The notes under the pieces are model-generated. The model had not been told where the DNA came from, made no database searches, and was given only the letters and a program-made list of their open reading frames with translations. From Squalus acanthias (Eukaryota), in contig CM059432.1 of the NCBI GenBank assembly GCA_030390025.1, forward strand, positions 124,436,001 through 124,500,000: a stretch of 64,000 nt of DNA, read 5' to 3'. A program made the translations under genes and the position numbers. Shown here piece by piece: positions 50,925 to 64,000 of this stretch. Numbering within the stretch: the first letter of the stretch is position 1; the number at the start of each line of letters is the position of its first letter.

Positions 50925-51246
50925 CAACGACAACAACCATTTATATAGGATCTGTAATGTAAAGAACGTACCAAGTCACTTCATGGATATGCATAAGAAA
51001 AATGGACACCAGGCCAGGAATGGAGATGTTAGGAGGGGTGAGAGATGGGTTTTGAAAAGGTTTTTAAAGGGGGAGAGGGAGATGAAGAGGTAGAGAAGGT
51101 TGGGGAGGGAATTGCAGAGGGGTGTCCCAGGTGGCTGAAGGCTCTGCCACCAGTAGTGGGAAGCAAGGAGGGGGTGCACACAAGGCCAGAGGCAGAGAAA
51201 TAGAGTATTTAGATGGGATATAGGGCTGGAGGAGATTGCAGACATA
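50925..51246 (-). mobile_element. Old L2 3' fragment
   Basis: LCNSLP..FKNLFKTHL and a degenerate (CAA)n tail. Confidence 0.65.
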
Positions 51247-54200
51247 GGGTAAAATCCAAGATTCAGCCGCCCGCCCCCATAGCTTTCAGACTCTTCAAGA
51301 TTGTCACGTGAAGTACAAGATTAAAAGTCTTACTAAAATTGATGAGAGCAAACTAAGTAGAATTCCCCATAGCTCCACAATCTTCATGAAAGAAAAATGT
51401 AGTTTGCTCCTTTCTGACTGCTCCTAAGCATCCAATATATGTGCCTCAACGACCTGAAGAGCCACTGATATCAGCTAGATTCATCAGTCGCTTTCAGGCT
51501 CACTACGGTTCTCACTCCTGTGGATAGAAAACACGGCTGTGCTCTGTACACCGAGGGTCTGCATGCTTTAAACTGAATACTATTCACCAAACATAGAAGA
51601 GGCAGCTTTGAGGCAAGTTGATGGTTCCTGACATTTTCTCCAAGATCAATATCATCAAACCCCCACCTAGAGGAGCAGTCAAACACCGATCGTTAGCTGT
51701 ATAATCGCCCGCCTGATTGTATAATTTACATTACACTGTGCTGTGTATTTTACATGAATCTGTACACCATATGACTTCTTGATACAATTCACATCACTCA
51801 GTACAATTTCCATGAACAATCTCTGCAGTATAATCTGTATCAGAAGGTTTGAAGAACTTAAATGCCACTGGGTGCCATTTCACTATGATCCAAAACAGGG
51901 CCCACGTGACCATACATGGCCACAAACTCTCATGTGTGCACGCACAGAAGGGAACTGTGGGGCACTCTGGGGATATCCTGGGAGACTGGTCAGGCAGGCA
52001 GCACTGAACGCATTGATTTTCATCACCAAACACTGGCACAGCGCTACAAACCGCTGATGGCTGGCATGGAACATTGACGGTTGGCATGTTTGCTGGAAGG
52101 AGGCCCCTTCAGATAATACTGAAAGAAAATATGGATCGAGAAAATTATCATTTACAGAATTAGGTTCTTCAGAAAAAAGGGCTTTAAAAGTTGCTGGACA
52201 TGTATAATCTGTGCAATGCAAATATTTATTAAAGCCTCCGCCATTTTAAGTGGATTTGTGTTGAGGTTTAAAACGGTGCCATCACACATTTCATAATATT
52301 GCAATTCATAATACGTAAATCTCTTAAGAGACACTTGCACCCCTACCAAAATGTCACACAAGCTGTGTGTGGCAGTTCTTTGACTTACGATTTCTAATAT
52401 TTATTACTAAAGACCACATGATTTAAAAGCTTATTTTTCTGGGTGGATGTTGTCATTTTGAGCACAGTTTAAAAAGAAGAGTAATTCATTTGTGTGACAG
52501 TAAAAGAAACAATGGGAGAGCTGAAGGACCCTAACGTCTATTCACAGGTGCTGTGTGGTTCTTTCTTGTGATATTTCTCTCTACTTGATGACAAACTCAC
52601 GCTCTTGATTAACAGGCACAAAGCAAATTAATTTTGTGATAATGTGCAGGGAAGATGTCTTTTGTGGAGAAAAATACATTTCAAATGAAGTTCCAATTCC
52701 ATAACATGTAAAAGTGGAAAGTCTTCTGTTTCACCTCAATCTTGCAAAAAACTACTTGTCTTCAGCAGATTCTGCTGTGGTGGATCATTAAGTCTAGGAG
52801 AATTGAATTTGATTCGAAGCAGAACTACATTATGTATGACAACTGGACTTACAAGGTAAGGAGAGTGTGCATAGCAACATTGGTGTATGTGAAGACAGTG
52901 TGCATTTTACTGATCCTTTTCTTCCGCATTCCTCTATGGTGCAAAATACACAATGAATCCTCTTTGGATCAAGCTCCTGGCGCAGAATTTCCTTGTACTA
53001 TTCGGCGCGACAATGACGTAAGAGCTGGGTATGCCCTAATTATTTCCAAGAAAATTTGTGCGTGAGTGACTTACGCCGGTTTTTCGCTGGAACCTTGCTA
53101 TAAGTGAATTTCCTTGATCATTTGAGCCGCTCCCAAGAAACTCCATTTTGCTCATTAACATAGCTCTGCGCTCCATGTAAAAGACCAGAGAACGCAAGTT
53201 TCCTGCATTTACACTGGTTCGGAACCGGCTATGAATACCATTAGCTCAGAATTTTTATGTAACGTCTTAAAACGAATATGAAAAAAATAAAACTATTTTC
53301 CTTTTTGATTTTATTTTCTGCCTCATTGTTGTCATTTGTAAAACTCCGACATGGTTGTCACAGCACATTCTTGATTACATAGCAGTGATTCCATGGTCAC
53401 AACCTCCCAATACTGGAGCTCTGAATCCCTGACCCGTACTCCCTGCTAGAATGACTTCCCCGCTGACGGTGCAGTATTTTGGAATCAACCTATACAGTTC
53501 TACAGGAGCGGGTGTAAAGTAGAATCTCTCTCTCACAGAATTTCTCCTTAGGATCGAGAACCCTCTGATCCTTTTCTACCTGAATGCCACATAATGTAGG
53601 TTGTTATGGTCCCCTCTAGGTATTGTATTTCCACAGGTACAGAGTGAAAACTATAAGTCCCGTGAAGTCTCTGTCTCATACACATATAATTTGTTCACAG
53701 CAGCTGGAAATAATCAGCACTTAGGCATTAACTGAACCTTCCACCTCAAGCCTCATCCTCCAGACAAGAGGGTAAACTCTAAGGAAAAAATATCTGGCAG
53801 CCATTTTGAATATTAAATAATACATTTCATGGGTAACTTTAGTGATTTTCTTTTTCAAAACTACATAATTTTTATGCCTTTGTTAATTTATAGATGTTAT
53901 TTTTACCTGTTTATACCGATCTGTGGAAAACGCTGGTTGAAAACAGTGCTAATAAATTATCTGAAGGACCTGATTGGTCGGTCTTGTGGTACTTGTCCCA
54001 TAAAGAGCAGTTTTGAAAAAAAATTGAAGGATTTGGTTTTCTGCTGGTTGCTTGTCCCTAAATGATGCTGCTTTTGATTAATTCATACTTAGTTAATTGG
54101 ATATTTAATTGGTAATTTAGAAGATTATTTGACCCATTGTGATTTTCTGTCCAGTTGTGACACTTTGAAAGTGCAGTTGTGGTGTTTCTGAAAAGTATGA

Positions 54201-54269
54201 TGTGACAGATGCAAAACTTTTCATTATAGAGATGGCAACCTTCAAACAGGTCATAAACTATTTCTCAAT

Positions 54270-54430
54270 TTGGCACTAACTGGCAATAAGTTAGCAATCT
54301 CACTTAGAGAAGCCACAGGATAGTCTGTGTGGGAAATGGAAAAAAAGTCACACTGGTGCAGTAGAGAGTTTTGAGTTTAAGCTGAGGCACATTGTTGGAG
54401 CATAGTTGAGGGAGCTTTACTGCATCTAAC
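54270..54430 (+). mobile_element. LF-SINE-like fragment
   Basis: TTGGCACTAACTGGCA..GCAATCTCACTTAGAGAAGCCACAGGA..GCTGAGGCACATTG..GGGAGCTTTACTGC resembles the recalled LF-SINE 3' half. Confidence 0.5.
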
Positions 54431-55163
54431 AATTTTATATCTGATTAAGGAGTGCTTAACGTTGGCATCAAGTGCCTGAAATGGGAAAATTAAAGAAAAA
54501 AAAGAAATAACGTGAATTTCATAAAAACAGATTTTAAAAAAAATCGAATTGAGACCTTCAGATAGGTTATAAACTGTGTGCCATATGATCATATTTTCTT
54601 TGTTTAAGGGTAACACTTGCTCTTTTCAAAGGTATTTCTCGGACCTCCTTTTCTGAGGTCTTGCTGTACCACATCAATCCTGGTTGAGAGAGCAGGAAGG
54701 TGGTCCGCTGCTCGACCGCCACCAGTGCAGCTCTGAAAGCAGATGCTAGAAGATCACTGAGTGCCCTGGGACGACGGTCACTCTGGACCCTACCAATAAA
54801 AAGGTTTTGTCTCTGTACGATCGAATTTAAACTCCCTTCTGGCTTTTAGTCCATGCTTAACATTGCCTGTTGTCCATCACATGCTTAACAGGGACCACTC
54901 AGATCCTGAAACTGTAAAAATAAACTCGTCATGACATTCTGATCCCAGATTTACCTTGTCTGCCAGTTTTGGTTTGCAGCTGGTTACTCTGCTGACTAAC
55001 CACCCTACCGCCCCTTATATTTAAACATTTTATTTAGTGTGAAAATTGAAAGGAAAGTATTTCTTTCCACTGTGTGAGCTGCAGCTACCTGGAAGCTCAA
55101 CACTCACCATACCGTCCTGAAGCATAGAATACTATCAATAATATTACTAGATCTTTCACCTAC

Positions 55164-55387
55164 TCTCTTTCCTTCTGCAGTATTTTCTGTGACTCGTCCA
55201 GGCGAAACTGTAGGGCCATGGTTTTCATGGAGTCGTTCTCAAAGGGCTGCATGGTATCTTCCAGTAGGAGCTTGGATCTTTCAGAGCAGTTGGTAGAATT
55301 ACATAAACTCAAGGTGGCAGAAGACTCCAGACTTTGTCCTCCTCCATTCTGCTTATCTCTCGGTATATTTTCAATTATATCAAAACC
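55164..55387 (-). CDS. CCDC102B: Internal 224-bp exon of a CCDC102-family gene
   Basis: TCCCCAG|GGT TTT...GAA AGA GA|GTAGGT. Peptide ends QPFENDSMKTMALQFRLDESQKILQKER(E), and its phase-2 end fits the next exon. An alternative acceptor at 55409 is possible. Confidence 0.78.
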
Positions 55388-56207
55388 CTGGGGACAGACC
55401 ACATCAAATCTTTAAAATGTTAAAGATACATGCGACATGAGTAATACAAACATCTGCACTTTTTCAAAAAATATAGTTTTAATGGAAAATGTCCCAATTA
55501 CAGGAAAGGGACTTTTCCAAGAACTGGTTCTGGTTGATTCTGTTTAGTCTCAGGAAATGACTTTATAAGGTGCACCATGTGTGAGTCATATCTTTGAGGG
55601 ATCTTGTCTGTCATTCGGTTTCAGCCAAATTATGGCCCTCAAAATGCCCGTGACAGCCCTTTGCGATTACAGCGTCAATATGGGAAATGACTGCAAAGTA
55701 TTTGCCTGTTATCTGATGTTCATTTTGAGGAGACTAATCTGAGCAGAACGAACAGCGATACCCACTACAAACAAGAGCTTCACATTGTGCAACTTAGAAT
55801 GTCAGGTTTGGAGACTGCACAGATAATGTGGCACTGCTGAGAAGCTCTTTTTGCAGCCTGGCTGCTTCTTTAACACTGTGCCAAATATCAACCTTTGCTA
55901 GCTTAGTATTTGTATTGTAGTTCTTCCAAAATCAAATATAAGAACTAATAGGCTATGTATCCCCTTTACTAACAGGAATTCCAGTGCTTTTGTAAAACCT
56001 GCCATGGCTTTCTGTTCCACCCTGCCCACTGCTAGTCTGTTCCATAACTCTATTAGCTTCTTACTAAAGAAAATGTTGCTTAAATTTCCTATTTGCATTT
56101 GACACCCTTAACTTTAAACTGGTCCTCAAATCCTGTGCCGAAAAGAAGAATTTTTCTGAATCTAAGTTCTCCATTCCTATGAAAATCTTAGAACTCTCGA
56201 TATTATA

Positions 56208-56500
56208 GAGTTCTGATGAAAGGTCATCAACCTGAACCATTGGGGGTAATTTTAACCTAACCGGCCCCTCACAAAACCAGTGGGGTCGGGTGGAATGCAG
56301 GTTTTACACTCCGCCCAATATTACTTCAATGGAGAGTAGAATCAGGTGGGGTGTAAAAACCAGCACATGCACCCGATCCAGTCAGCTTCTCGATGGGTTA
56401 GGTTAAAATTGTCCCCAATATGCTGTCTGACCTGCTGAGTGTTTCCAGCGTTTTCTGTTTTTACTTCAGATTTCCAGCATCCGCAGTACTTTGATTTTGT
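56208..56500 (+). mobile_element. Penelope pLTR remnant with a decayed hammerhead, split by a MITE (56242-56416)
   Basis: AGTTCTGATGAAAGGTCATCAACCTGAAC, then TIRs GGGGGTAATTTTAACCTAACC / GGTTAGGTTAAAATTGTCCCC, then TGCTGTCTGACCTGCTGAGTGTTTCCAGC. Confidence 0.75.
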
Positions 56501-56519
56501 CTCTTTATAATATCATGTC

Positions 56520-56680
56520 ATCCTCCTTCACTGTAGAGAGTTAAGTCCCAGGGTAGTCAATCTTTCCTCATAGCTCAACTCTCTAAGTTCAGGAATCAAC
56601 CTCATTGTCCTCCTCTGGACTTCCTTTAATAATTCTACATCTTTCCTGTAATACGGTGACCAAAACTGAACACGACAATA
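56520..56680 (-). mobile_element. Old CR1 RT fragment (further remnant at ~55930-56200)
   Basis: VQFWSPYYRKDVELLKEVQRRTMRLIPELRELSYEERL. Confidence 0.75.
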
Positions 56681-57416
56681 ATACTTAATTATGATATTTA
56701 TTTGATCATATCTATATATATTTGTATATATCATTATATGTTTACGAATCTATAATTATCTGACAGAATATTCACATCCACAATTCAACTAATAACCACT
56801 TTTCATGAATTGAGTTGCTATAATAATAATGGCAGGGAATATTAGGCAAAGATTTTTACATTGTTTGTATGATCACTTTGTTTGTATGGCCATCTAGCAC
56901 TGAAGATATTGGAAAGTCCTGAAGTTAAATTAATAAGTTACCACTAAAGAAAAGACTATTGGGTACACTCCGGAATAATTCAAGCACCAGTTAGACATTG
57001 TAATGAGAGACCTTAGCTTTCTGTGGAAGGCTGTGTTAGAAGGAGTGGAAGGCCTCCCTCATCTGTACTTATCTTTGTGAACTCTTTGTGAAGAGTTGAT
57101 CCACTACTATGGGAATACTGTTGACAGAAAACTGGCCATTTCCTGCGCAAGTGTTTCCACTAAACTCTCTCAAGTATTTATTTAACTGCTGCAATGGCAC
57201 CTTCTCAAATTTGCCAGGATAATTTAAAGTCTCCATGCAACAATGTTTGGTGAACTTTTCTTATTTGTTTACAAGCGGCATGATGTGAATCACAATAAAA
57301 CAAACATCTTCATGTCACTTACATGGAATGTCGTGACAAAAATGTCTCATTGGTCTTCAGGCTCTTTTCTCTCCCAAACAAAAATGTGTGCCAAAACTTC
57401 TATGTGAAGACAGTAA

Positions 57417-57987
57417 GGGCCTAAAATTCTGGTTGGGCCAAGGTTAGAGAGCCAGCGGACTGCCTGCAAGTGGCTGGAATTTGGGGTGCATCTTGGTTCC
57501 AGCTAAATTCCCCCCCATTCTTCTTGTTCTCCATTTTACAGTGACGGAGGGAGAAGGCGAGTCCTCTGTCCTCCCTCCCTCCTCTATCAAGGGGATGTGT
57601 CTGCGACAGGAATTCGCCCATTCCACCATTATAAGGCCTCAACATAACTCTCACCAGCTGACAGGTGGCGTGAGTTCTGCTGAAGCCTTTTAAAAGGCCC
57701 AAACCTTTACCAGACAAAGGTAATTTATCCAAGATGGTATTGATTACCTTATTTTACAAGACTCCTGGCACCCATTGGAGCTGAAAACCTTTATCCAGAA
57801 TTTTTTTCTTCAGATCTGCGAGAGCCAAGGGAGCTACCTTTCAAGGGCATATCAGGATAGGTGCCAGCAGCCCATCCCAATCATGTAAATGGCCCTGTCC
57901 CCACAATTTGAGGCATGATCTACATCTGTGAATATTGGCAGACTGGGCTTCTGCTCTGCTGCACTGGTGCAGTTGAATTTCAGGCCC
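57417..57987. mobile_element. Harbinger-type MITE
   Basis: TIRs GGGCCTAAAATTC / GAATTTCAGGCCC; TSD TAA on both sides; a related fragment lies at ~15610-15965. Confidence 0.78.
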
Positions 57988-58379
57988 TAACTCTTTATTG
58001 ATGTTCCGGCACTCAAAGATAATGCAGTAAGCTGCCTCATTGGCCTAAACTATTGGGAGAAATTGCAGGTGCATGGTGCAGCAAAGCCATCAAGAGATTT
58101 GTAAATGAAGATGAGGATTTTGTCCATAAAAACTGTCTAAAAATCAACAGGCAATAGCATCTTTTTTTCAATTCTATGCATCTGGGGAGAGTGAACGCAT
58201 GCCATTTGCAATTTAATGTTAATGAATTTGCTGTTAAAAAGTTCTACCACGTATACAATTACAGAAGTGTGCACAGCAACATAACATTGCTTGCCTTGTA
58301 CTTTTTTAACTAACAGTCTGTTATTTGTTCTTTTATTACATAATAGAAATGCTGATCCAGTTCTAAGATAATTGTTTTG

Positions 58380-58517
58380 GATATTAAGGGAATCAAGGGA
58401 TATGGGGATAGTGCGGGAAAGTCGAGATGAGGTCAAAGATCAGCCATGAGCTTATTGAATGACGGAGCAGGCTCGAAGGGCCGAACGGCCTACTCCTGCT
58501 CCTAATTCTTATGTTCA
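58380..58517 (+). mobile_element. CR1 3' UTR fragment
   Basis: GATCAGCCATG..GAGCAGGCTCGAAGGGCCGAACGGCCTACTCCTGCTCC tail. Confidence 0.8.
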
Positions 58518-59569
58518 TAATATACTAAAGTGACATAACTATTGGATACATCTGACACTTTAGAAAGACAAATTAACGGGGCAGCACAGTGCCATAGCAT
58601 GTTGGAGCTCAACAGTCTGTGCCATTAGCGTCCTACTGACTGAATGGGCTCGCCCAACATTAGAACATTTAGCCTTACAGACCAGAGGTTTCCAGGTTGG
58701 TTTTCTGGTCTGTGTGAAACGAGCTGATCTCAACAAAGCATCAGCAGAAAAACTACATTTTGTTTCAGTTGCGGATAATGCAAAGAAATTGCAACAGGAG
58801 AAGGGAGAGAAGAAAATAAAGAAATCAGCAGATCAGGAAAGAATCGAAATCAATTTAACTCTTGAGATTATTCCCAAAGTTACAAAGTAAGCAGGCATAT
58901 TTTATTTACATGTGCATGTGTTTCATCCACTGAACTCTGCATATGGTTAAAGAAACAGAGTTCAACTGATGAAAGAATATTATTAGTCCAGGTTACACAG
59001 ACTAATGAGTTGACCCAGTAATTATTTGCCTCTTGTCCTTCAATGGCATTCTACTGATGGACTGTTGTAGTTTGTATTTTTAATGTGTCTGTCCCTAACC
59101 AACAACTTGGAAGCAACTGTTTGATGTTTTATTAAAACAAGGGTCAATCACTGCCTGGGGCAGGTTCGCCTCCCAAGGAATCATTATGTAAAATAAGAAA
59201 TAGGAAGCTGGTGCGAGAGGTGACTTATAATAAAGAAAGAAAAATACAGAACGAAGGAAGAATCATTACTCGTTTTAGTTAAAGAAAATATTTTGATAGA
59301 TTTTGCTCTTTAAGAAAAAGCACAACCCCATTTGCAATCTGTGTCAACTCTTGTTGGCCATAAATGTCACTCCTAACATTTCCCTGATGTTGACAGCTCT
59401 GAAAGTACAGATAAAAATAGAGCAAGAGAGAGAGAACGTTTTGCACTCCTGATGTCAACAGGAGCCATCAACATTTTGAATTTGACTGTATAGAAAACCT
59501 GCTTCAATCTATTTCTATCACATTAACGTTGGTCTTTGTCTGTCATACAGACACTATTACCTATCTACC

Positions 59570-59935
59570 TTGATGGTTCAGTGTGTTTACACAGTGGGTA
59601 TTTGAGCCATTGAACCATTGAGATCCCAGGTTTGATTCCCAGGCTAGGTTGAGCTAGTTGATTTCAGCTGGGAATGTATTGGAGGCATTCATTCCCCCTT
59701 GGTTAGGCAGGGGAAGATGAGCCATGATTAGTGCTGCTGATGTCTATCCAGTGATTCCTGTTGAAAGTCACACTTGGGGATGCCAGATGAGGACAGGGCT
59801 CTGCTGTAATGCCCCCTGTGCTTGAAAGCTCACTGACACTTATTGTCAAGCCTCAGGCACGAATAATAGCCATGTGGAAGATGGGCGAGTACCTGTTAAA
59901 CCATCGCTCAGTATGGACTCAACAGCTTGAGGAGT
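59570..59935 (+). mobile_element. Degenerate unclassified SINE-like repeat (related pieces at ~11615-12250, 31880-32050, 58685-58770, 63560-63650)
   Basis: B-box-like CCCAGGTTTGATTCCC followed by a shared TGAG(C/T)TAGCTGATCTCAGC-type motif. Confidence 0.45.
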
Positions 59936-60343
59936 GGGAAGAAAATTAGTGGATAAAGAAAATTGTAAATTATGTCTGCAGTCACAGTTTGTCAAGTCCT
60001 CTCATTTGTTATCATCAGCAAAATTAAATAAAATTCTTCAGGACAAATGTCAAAATCATTTATGTAAATGGAAAAGAAAAGAGGTCTTGCACAGACCTCG
60101 TCTCCATTTAAAAAGAAAGAAAGATTTGCATTTATATATCGCCTTTCACAACTTCAGGACATCCCACCACGGACCTTTCTAAGTGCTCATTAATTTCATC
60201 CAATATTATGGACACATGGGGGCTGAAGTCCTATGGGGGTTTCACCGGCCTCCTGCCGTAATTCCAGTGGGAGACTGGTGGATCTCCTATGGAATTTCTC
60301 CTAGTTCACCCACAACTGAGGTAATATTGCATAGAAATACATA

Positions 60344-61081
60344 GGCCTGGAATTTGCGGTCAGCGGCGAAACAAAGGCATTCGCCGCTGGTCCTGAAGTA
60401 AGCTTCGCACAAAGATCTCGCGATCTCTGTAGCGAGATGTTTGGGTATTTCGACGCGTAATTCAAATCAACGGAGCTGTTGTGACGGCAACAAGCTGTCT
60501 AAGCAGCCAACCAAAACACAGAATTCTCACAGGCAGCAAACAAGGCATTCTAACTTTTTCAAAATGTTAGAGAGAGCAAAACAAAGATGGGGCTCTCACA
60601 TGGGGAAAAGGCAAACCTGAAATAAAGATGAACAAACTTTTTTTTTATTACATTTTTTTTTAAGTTTCTTAAAAATTTTAATTTTTATTAAAATAGATAA
60701 ATTTGACACTGTACAAAATTTAAATTAGTTTTTCAGGTCTATAACCTTTGTTTAGCAGTCAATACGCTGTTAAAACCCCAGTTACATTAAATCCCTTTGG
60801 GTCTAACTTTTAGTGGGGAATTTAGCATTGTTTTCATCAGTTTCCCTGATTTGAGAGATTTCACTGATTGCCAGCTCTGTGGCGTGGGGGGGGGGGGGGG
60901 GGGGGGGGGGCGGCGGGTCCACAGCGCAGCCAGTCTCGGAGCAGTGAATGACAGACCGCAACTTTAGGATTTCAATGTTAGGCTGTGCATGTGCTAAATC
61001 CTGAAGTTGTGGTCAGATTCAAAGGCGTAATGACGGTGAACGCTACCAGTTTGCCATCATCAGGACCGCAAATTCCGGGCC
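60344..61081. mobile_element. Harbinger-type MITE inserted in a CR1/HE1 tail
   Basis: TIRs GGCCTGGAATTTGCGGTC / GACCGCAAATTCCGGGCC; TSD ATA on both sides. Confidence 0.85.
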
Positions 61082-62111
61082 ATAGAATCTACATCAGAGA
61101 AACAGGCCATTCGGCCCAACTGGTATTTAAATTCCACACAAGTCTCTTCTCGCTCTAATTACCTCTTCCCAACCTGGCCTATATCTGTCTCTTCCCTTCT
61201 CCCTCATGTACGCAAGATGAACTGGCCCATAATTTTCTGATTTATCCCTTTCTCCTTTCTTGAGCAAAGGTATAACATTTGCCACCCTCCTTTGGTACAG
61301 TTCCCATTTGCAAAGGTCTTTGAGACAATTTATATCAGACTCAGTGCTAAAATTTTGAGTATTTTATGGAACAATTTTTCTCACTAAAATAGATTCACAG
61401 CAATTTCCCTAAGTGGACCTTGCCGCTTTGATCCAGAATTTGCATCTTATTGAAAATCTGCTTTTTCAGAGTTGTGTGACCCAAGGATTTACTGGATTAA
61501 CTCTAATCTGTACTATGAAACAACTTGCTTTGGATTGGTAGAATATTAAGTACAGACTTCTAAAGCTAAAGCAAACAAAATATTTATTTACAATTTAATG
61601 GAACCAGGAAAAAAAAATCAGTTAATGCATTCAATTAAAATATTAAACTCAAATATAATGACCAAAGTTTCTAATAATCCTCTTGGAAAACAATACAATA
61701 TTTGGTTTGGCAAATCCTTCCTATCTTCAAGCTTTCATTCCCCTTTTATCCCTGATGTCGGACTAATTGAATTATGATATATATAATGGCTGGGAATTTC
61801 CTCGGGAATGCTCCCGCTCCACCACCATAACTTTGTGCAGCGGAAATCCCGTTTACACGTTAGGAGTTGCTTCGCTGATTGAGCTCAGAATGAACTGCTG
61901 AACTGAAAACCCTTGCAGTTTAAGCTGCTGACGCACCAGAGCCATCTGTGCTCAGGAATCTCCAACATTACTGGTAAGAGCAAATACAGACTCACTAGTA
62001 TTAAGGTTCTTTTTAGATGTTTTTGGATAGGCTCCCAGGCAAACAGACCAAACTTAATAACATAGCAACTAAAAATACAAACAACTAACTACAGTATTCT
62101 AGAGAAACTAA

Positions 62112-62425
62112 AGCCCCAGTTTTAACCTGGGGCAGGCTCAGGGCGGGCAAGGTGCGGGAACGGGCGAGAGTCCCGCGAGGTTTCGCTGGTGGGTTTTGGC
62201 GTCACGTGGCAGGACACCGATGGCGCCACTGGGGCACGGCTTGCACATTTTAATTAGGCCCTCATCTACCTGTGGCTGGCGGCCTCCGCACTGCCGGAAA
62301 ACCCTGCAGTTCAAATAGTGGGGGCGGGAAAGCTGCAGGAGTGTAGCGGCTTCCACCCGGCCGCCATTTTAACTACCCCACCACCACATCATTCCCAGCA
62401 GGTGGGTTGAGTTAAAATCGGGGCT
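62112..62425. mobile_element. Short Harbinger-type MITE
   Basis: TIRs AGCCCCAGTTTTAAC / GTTAAAATCGGGGCT; TSD TAA on both sides. Confidence 0.75.
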
Positions 62426-62961
62426 TAAGATATATTTTAACTTCACACCATTTTCCATTAACAAGTTACCAGGCAACCATAATGGACAAACCTTACCTCA
62501 TGCAAGGCACAGGAATAATTCATTGTTTACACCTAGGCAGCCAGTAGCAATTCAACACAGTGACCACAATCAGAATTTCATAAGCAAATCCACATATTTA
62601 CAACATTCACGCAAAAACCCTTCCTGAGAATGGTTTGTCCGGGCTTACCAGTAGAGTTCTATATAAACTTGCCCAAAAATAGTAAAGAATACATTTATTA
62701 CCTAAACAGAAATATGGTAATGATAAGAAATAGATTATCATATAATAGCTGACAGTTCCCTCATGGCTGGAATTGCCTGATCAGTGCAAGACATTTGTGC
62801 ATGTGTGTTATTCCCTGGGAAAGCTGTGTTTACAACAGATCCTAGATCTCAGGGCAACATTGTGTTGCCTGCCTCATTACTGATAGAGGAGCTAGTATTA
62901 TCTGAGTACATGTATAAAGAAGCATATATGTCAACTACAAAAAGGACCTTCCTTGCTTGTC

Positions 62962-63428
62962 TGTCAGTCATGGCTCAGTTGGTAGCACCCTCACCTCTGA
63001 GTCACAAGGTTGTGGGTTCAAGTACCCACTCCAGAGTACTTGAGCACAAAAATCTAGGATGACACTCCAGTGTAGTGCTGAGGGAGTGCTGTGCTGTCGC
63101 AGGTGCTGTCTTTCAGATGAGATGTTAAACCGAGGCCCCGTCTGCTCTCTCAGGTGGGCATAAAAGATCCCAAGGCACTATTTCGAAGAAGAGCAGGGGA
63201 GTTATCCCCAGTGTCCGGGCCAATATTTATCCCTCAATCAACATAACAAAAACAGTTTATCTCATCATTATTACATTGCTGTTTGCGGGAGCTTGCTGTG
63301 CACAAATTGACTGCTGCATTTCCTACATTACAACAGTGACTACACTTCAAAAAGTACTTCATTGGCTGTAAAGCACTTTGGGACGTCCGGTGGTCGTGAA
63401 AGGCGCTGTATAAATGCAAATCTTTCTT
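62962..63428 (+). mobile_element. SacSINE1-like (Deu-domain) tRNA SINE, full length
   Basis: A box TGGCTCAGTTGG, B box GGTTCAAGT, core GATGAGATGTTAAACCGAGGCCCCGTCTG and an L2-like tail. Confidence 0.9.
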
Positions 63429-64000
63429 TAAATATATGCTTCTGTTTGATACAGATACCAGTGTCAGCTACTGACTGTTGTGTCCTCTAAGCTTTAGCTT
63501 ATCACTGGTTACCTTTATGGAAAATTGTTTCTAGCGCTTATTTTGTGATTGACTGAACCGTATAGGTTTCAGGTCTGTGCTGAGTTTGCTGATCTCAGCA
63601 AAGCAGATTCAAGGCTGTTATAATTCCCTGGCTAGGGAGTGCAAAAATCAGTCACTGTTGCTGCTCGTATTTGCTTTCCAGTGACATTCGCTGGAAAAGG
63701 CAGTCTTGGCTGTAATACCCCCATGGATCAAATAATCTGTCATCACTCACAGCCCAGGGTAAACAGTGCTCATGGAAAGGTATGACAGTGCTCTCAGGAG
63801 AGGAGGGGAGTAAACTGGGTGGGGAGGGGGGAGGAAGAAAAAGTGGTTCATAGCATTCTATTTTTATATTATATATAGAATTAATTATTGGAATTTGAAT
63901 ATGCTTTTGCATCACCACTTGATACCTGAGTAGAGCTTTTGTCTTACATACCTTCTTTGGCGAACCAGTGAATTTATTTGGGGATGACGGATTGTTATTG

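Noticed and set aside
51779..52260. piggyBac- or Harbinger-like peptide hints (RRFEELK; EEPNSVND)
   Set aside because: The hints are on opposite strands and too short to support a call.
60885..60910. Long poly-G run / G-quadruplex
   Set aside because: A homopolymer expansion inside a MITE; its length is unreliable and there is no evidence of function.

Overview
Eukaryotic, repeat-dense intronic DNA, almost certainly from a cartilaginous fish (shark): it carries HE1-type V-SINE, SacSINE1-type Deu-SINE and shark-type CR1 LINEs. Two minus-strand coding exons of a CCDC102-family coiled-coil gene (55164-55387 and 14485-14593) splice in frame across a ~40.6-kb intron. The rest is mostly transposable elements. 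These include a near full-length CR1 with a zinc-finger/esterase ORF1, several CR1 and L2 fragments, and a Neptune-type Penelope element with a ~560-bp inverted duplication and minimal hammerhead ribozymes. There is also a nearly complete two-gene PIF/Harbinger transposon (Myb/SANT plus DDE transposase) nested in a CR1, further Myb remnants, more than a dozen Harbinger-type MITEs with 3-bp TSDs, a hAT transposase relic, a probable LTR, an LF-SINE-like fragment and a 28-bp minisatellite. No CRISPR, rRNA or tRNA genes were found. I did not find a clearly new biological system; the best leads are the Penelope hammerheads and the Harbinger/MITE network. Family names come from recalled motifs, not database searches, and many boundaries are approximate.
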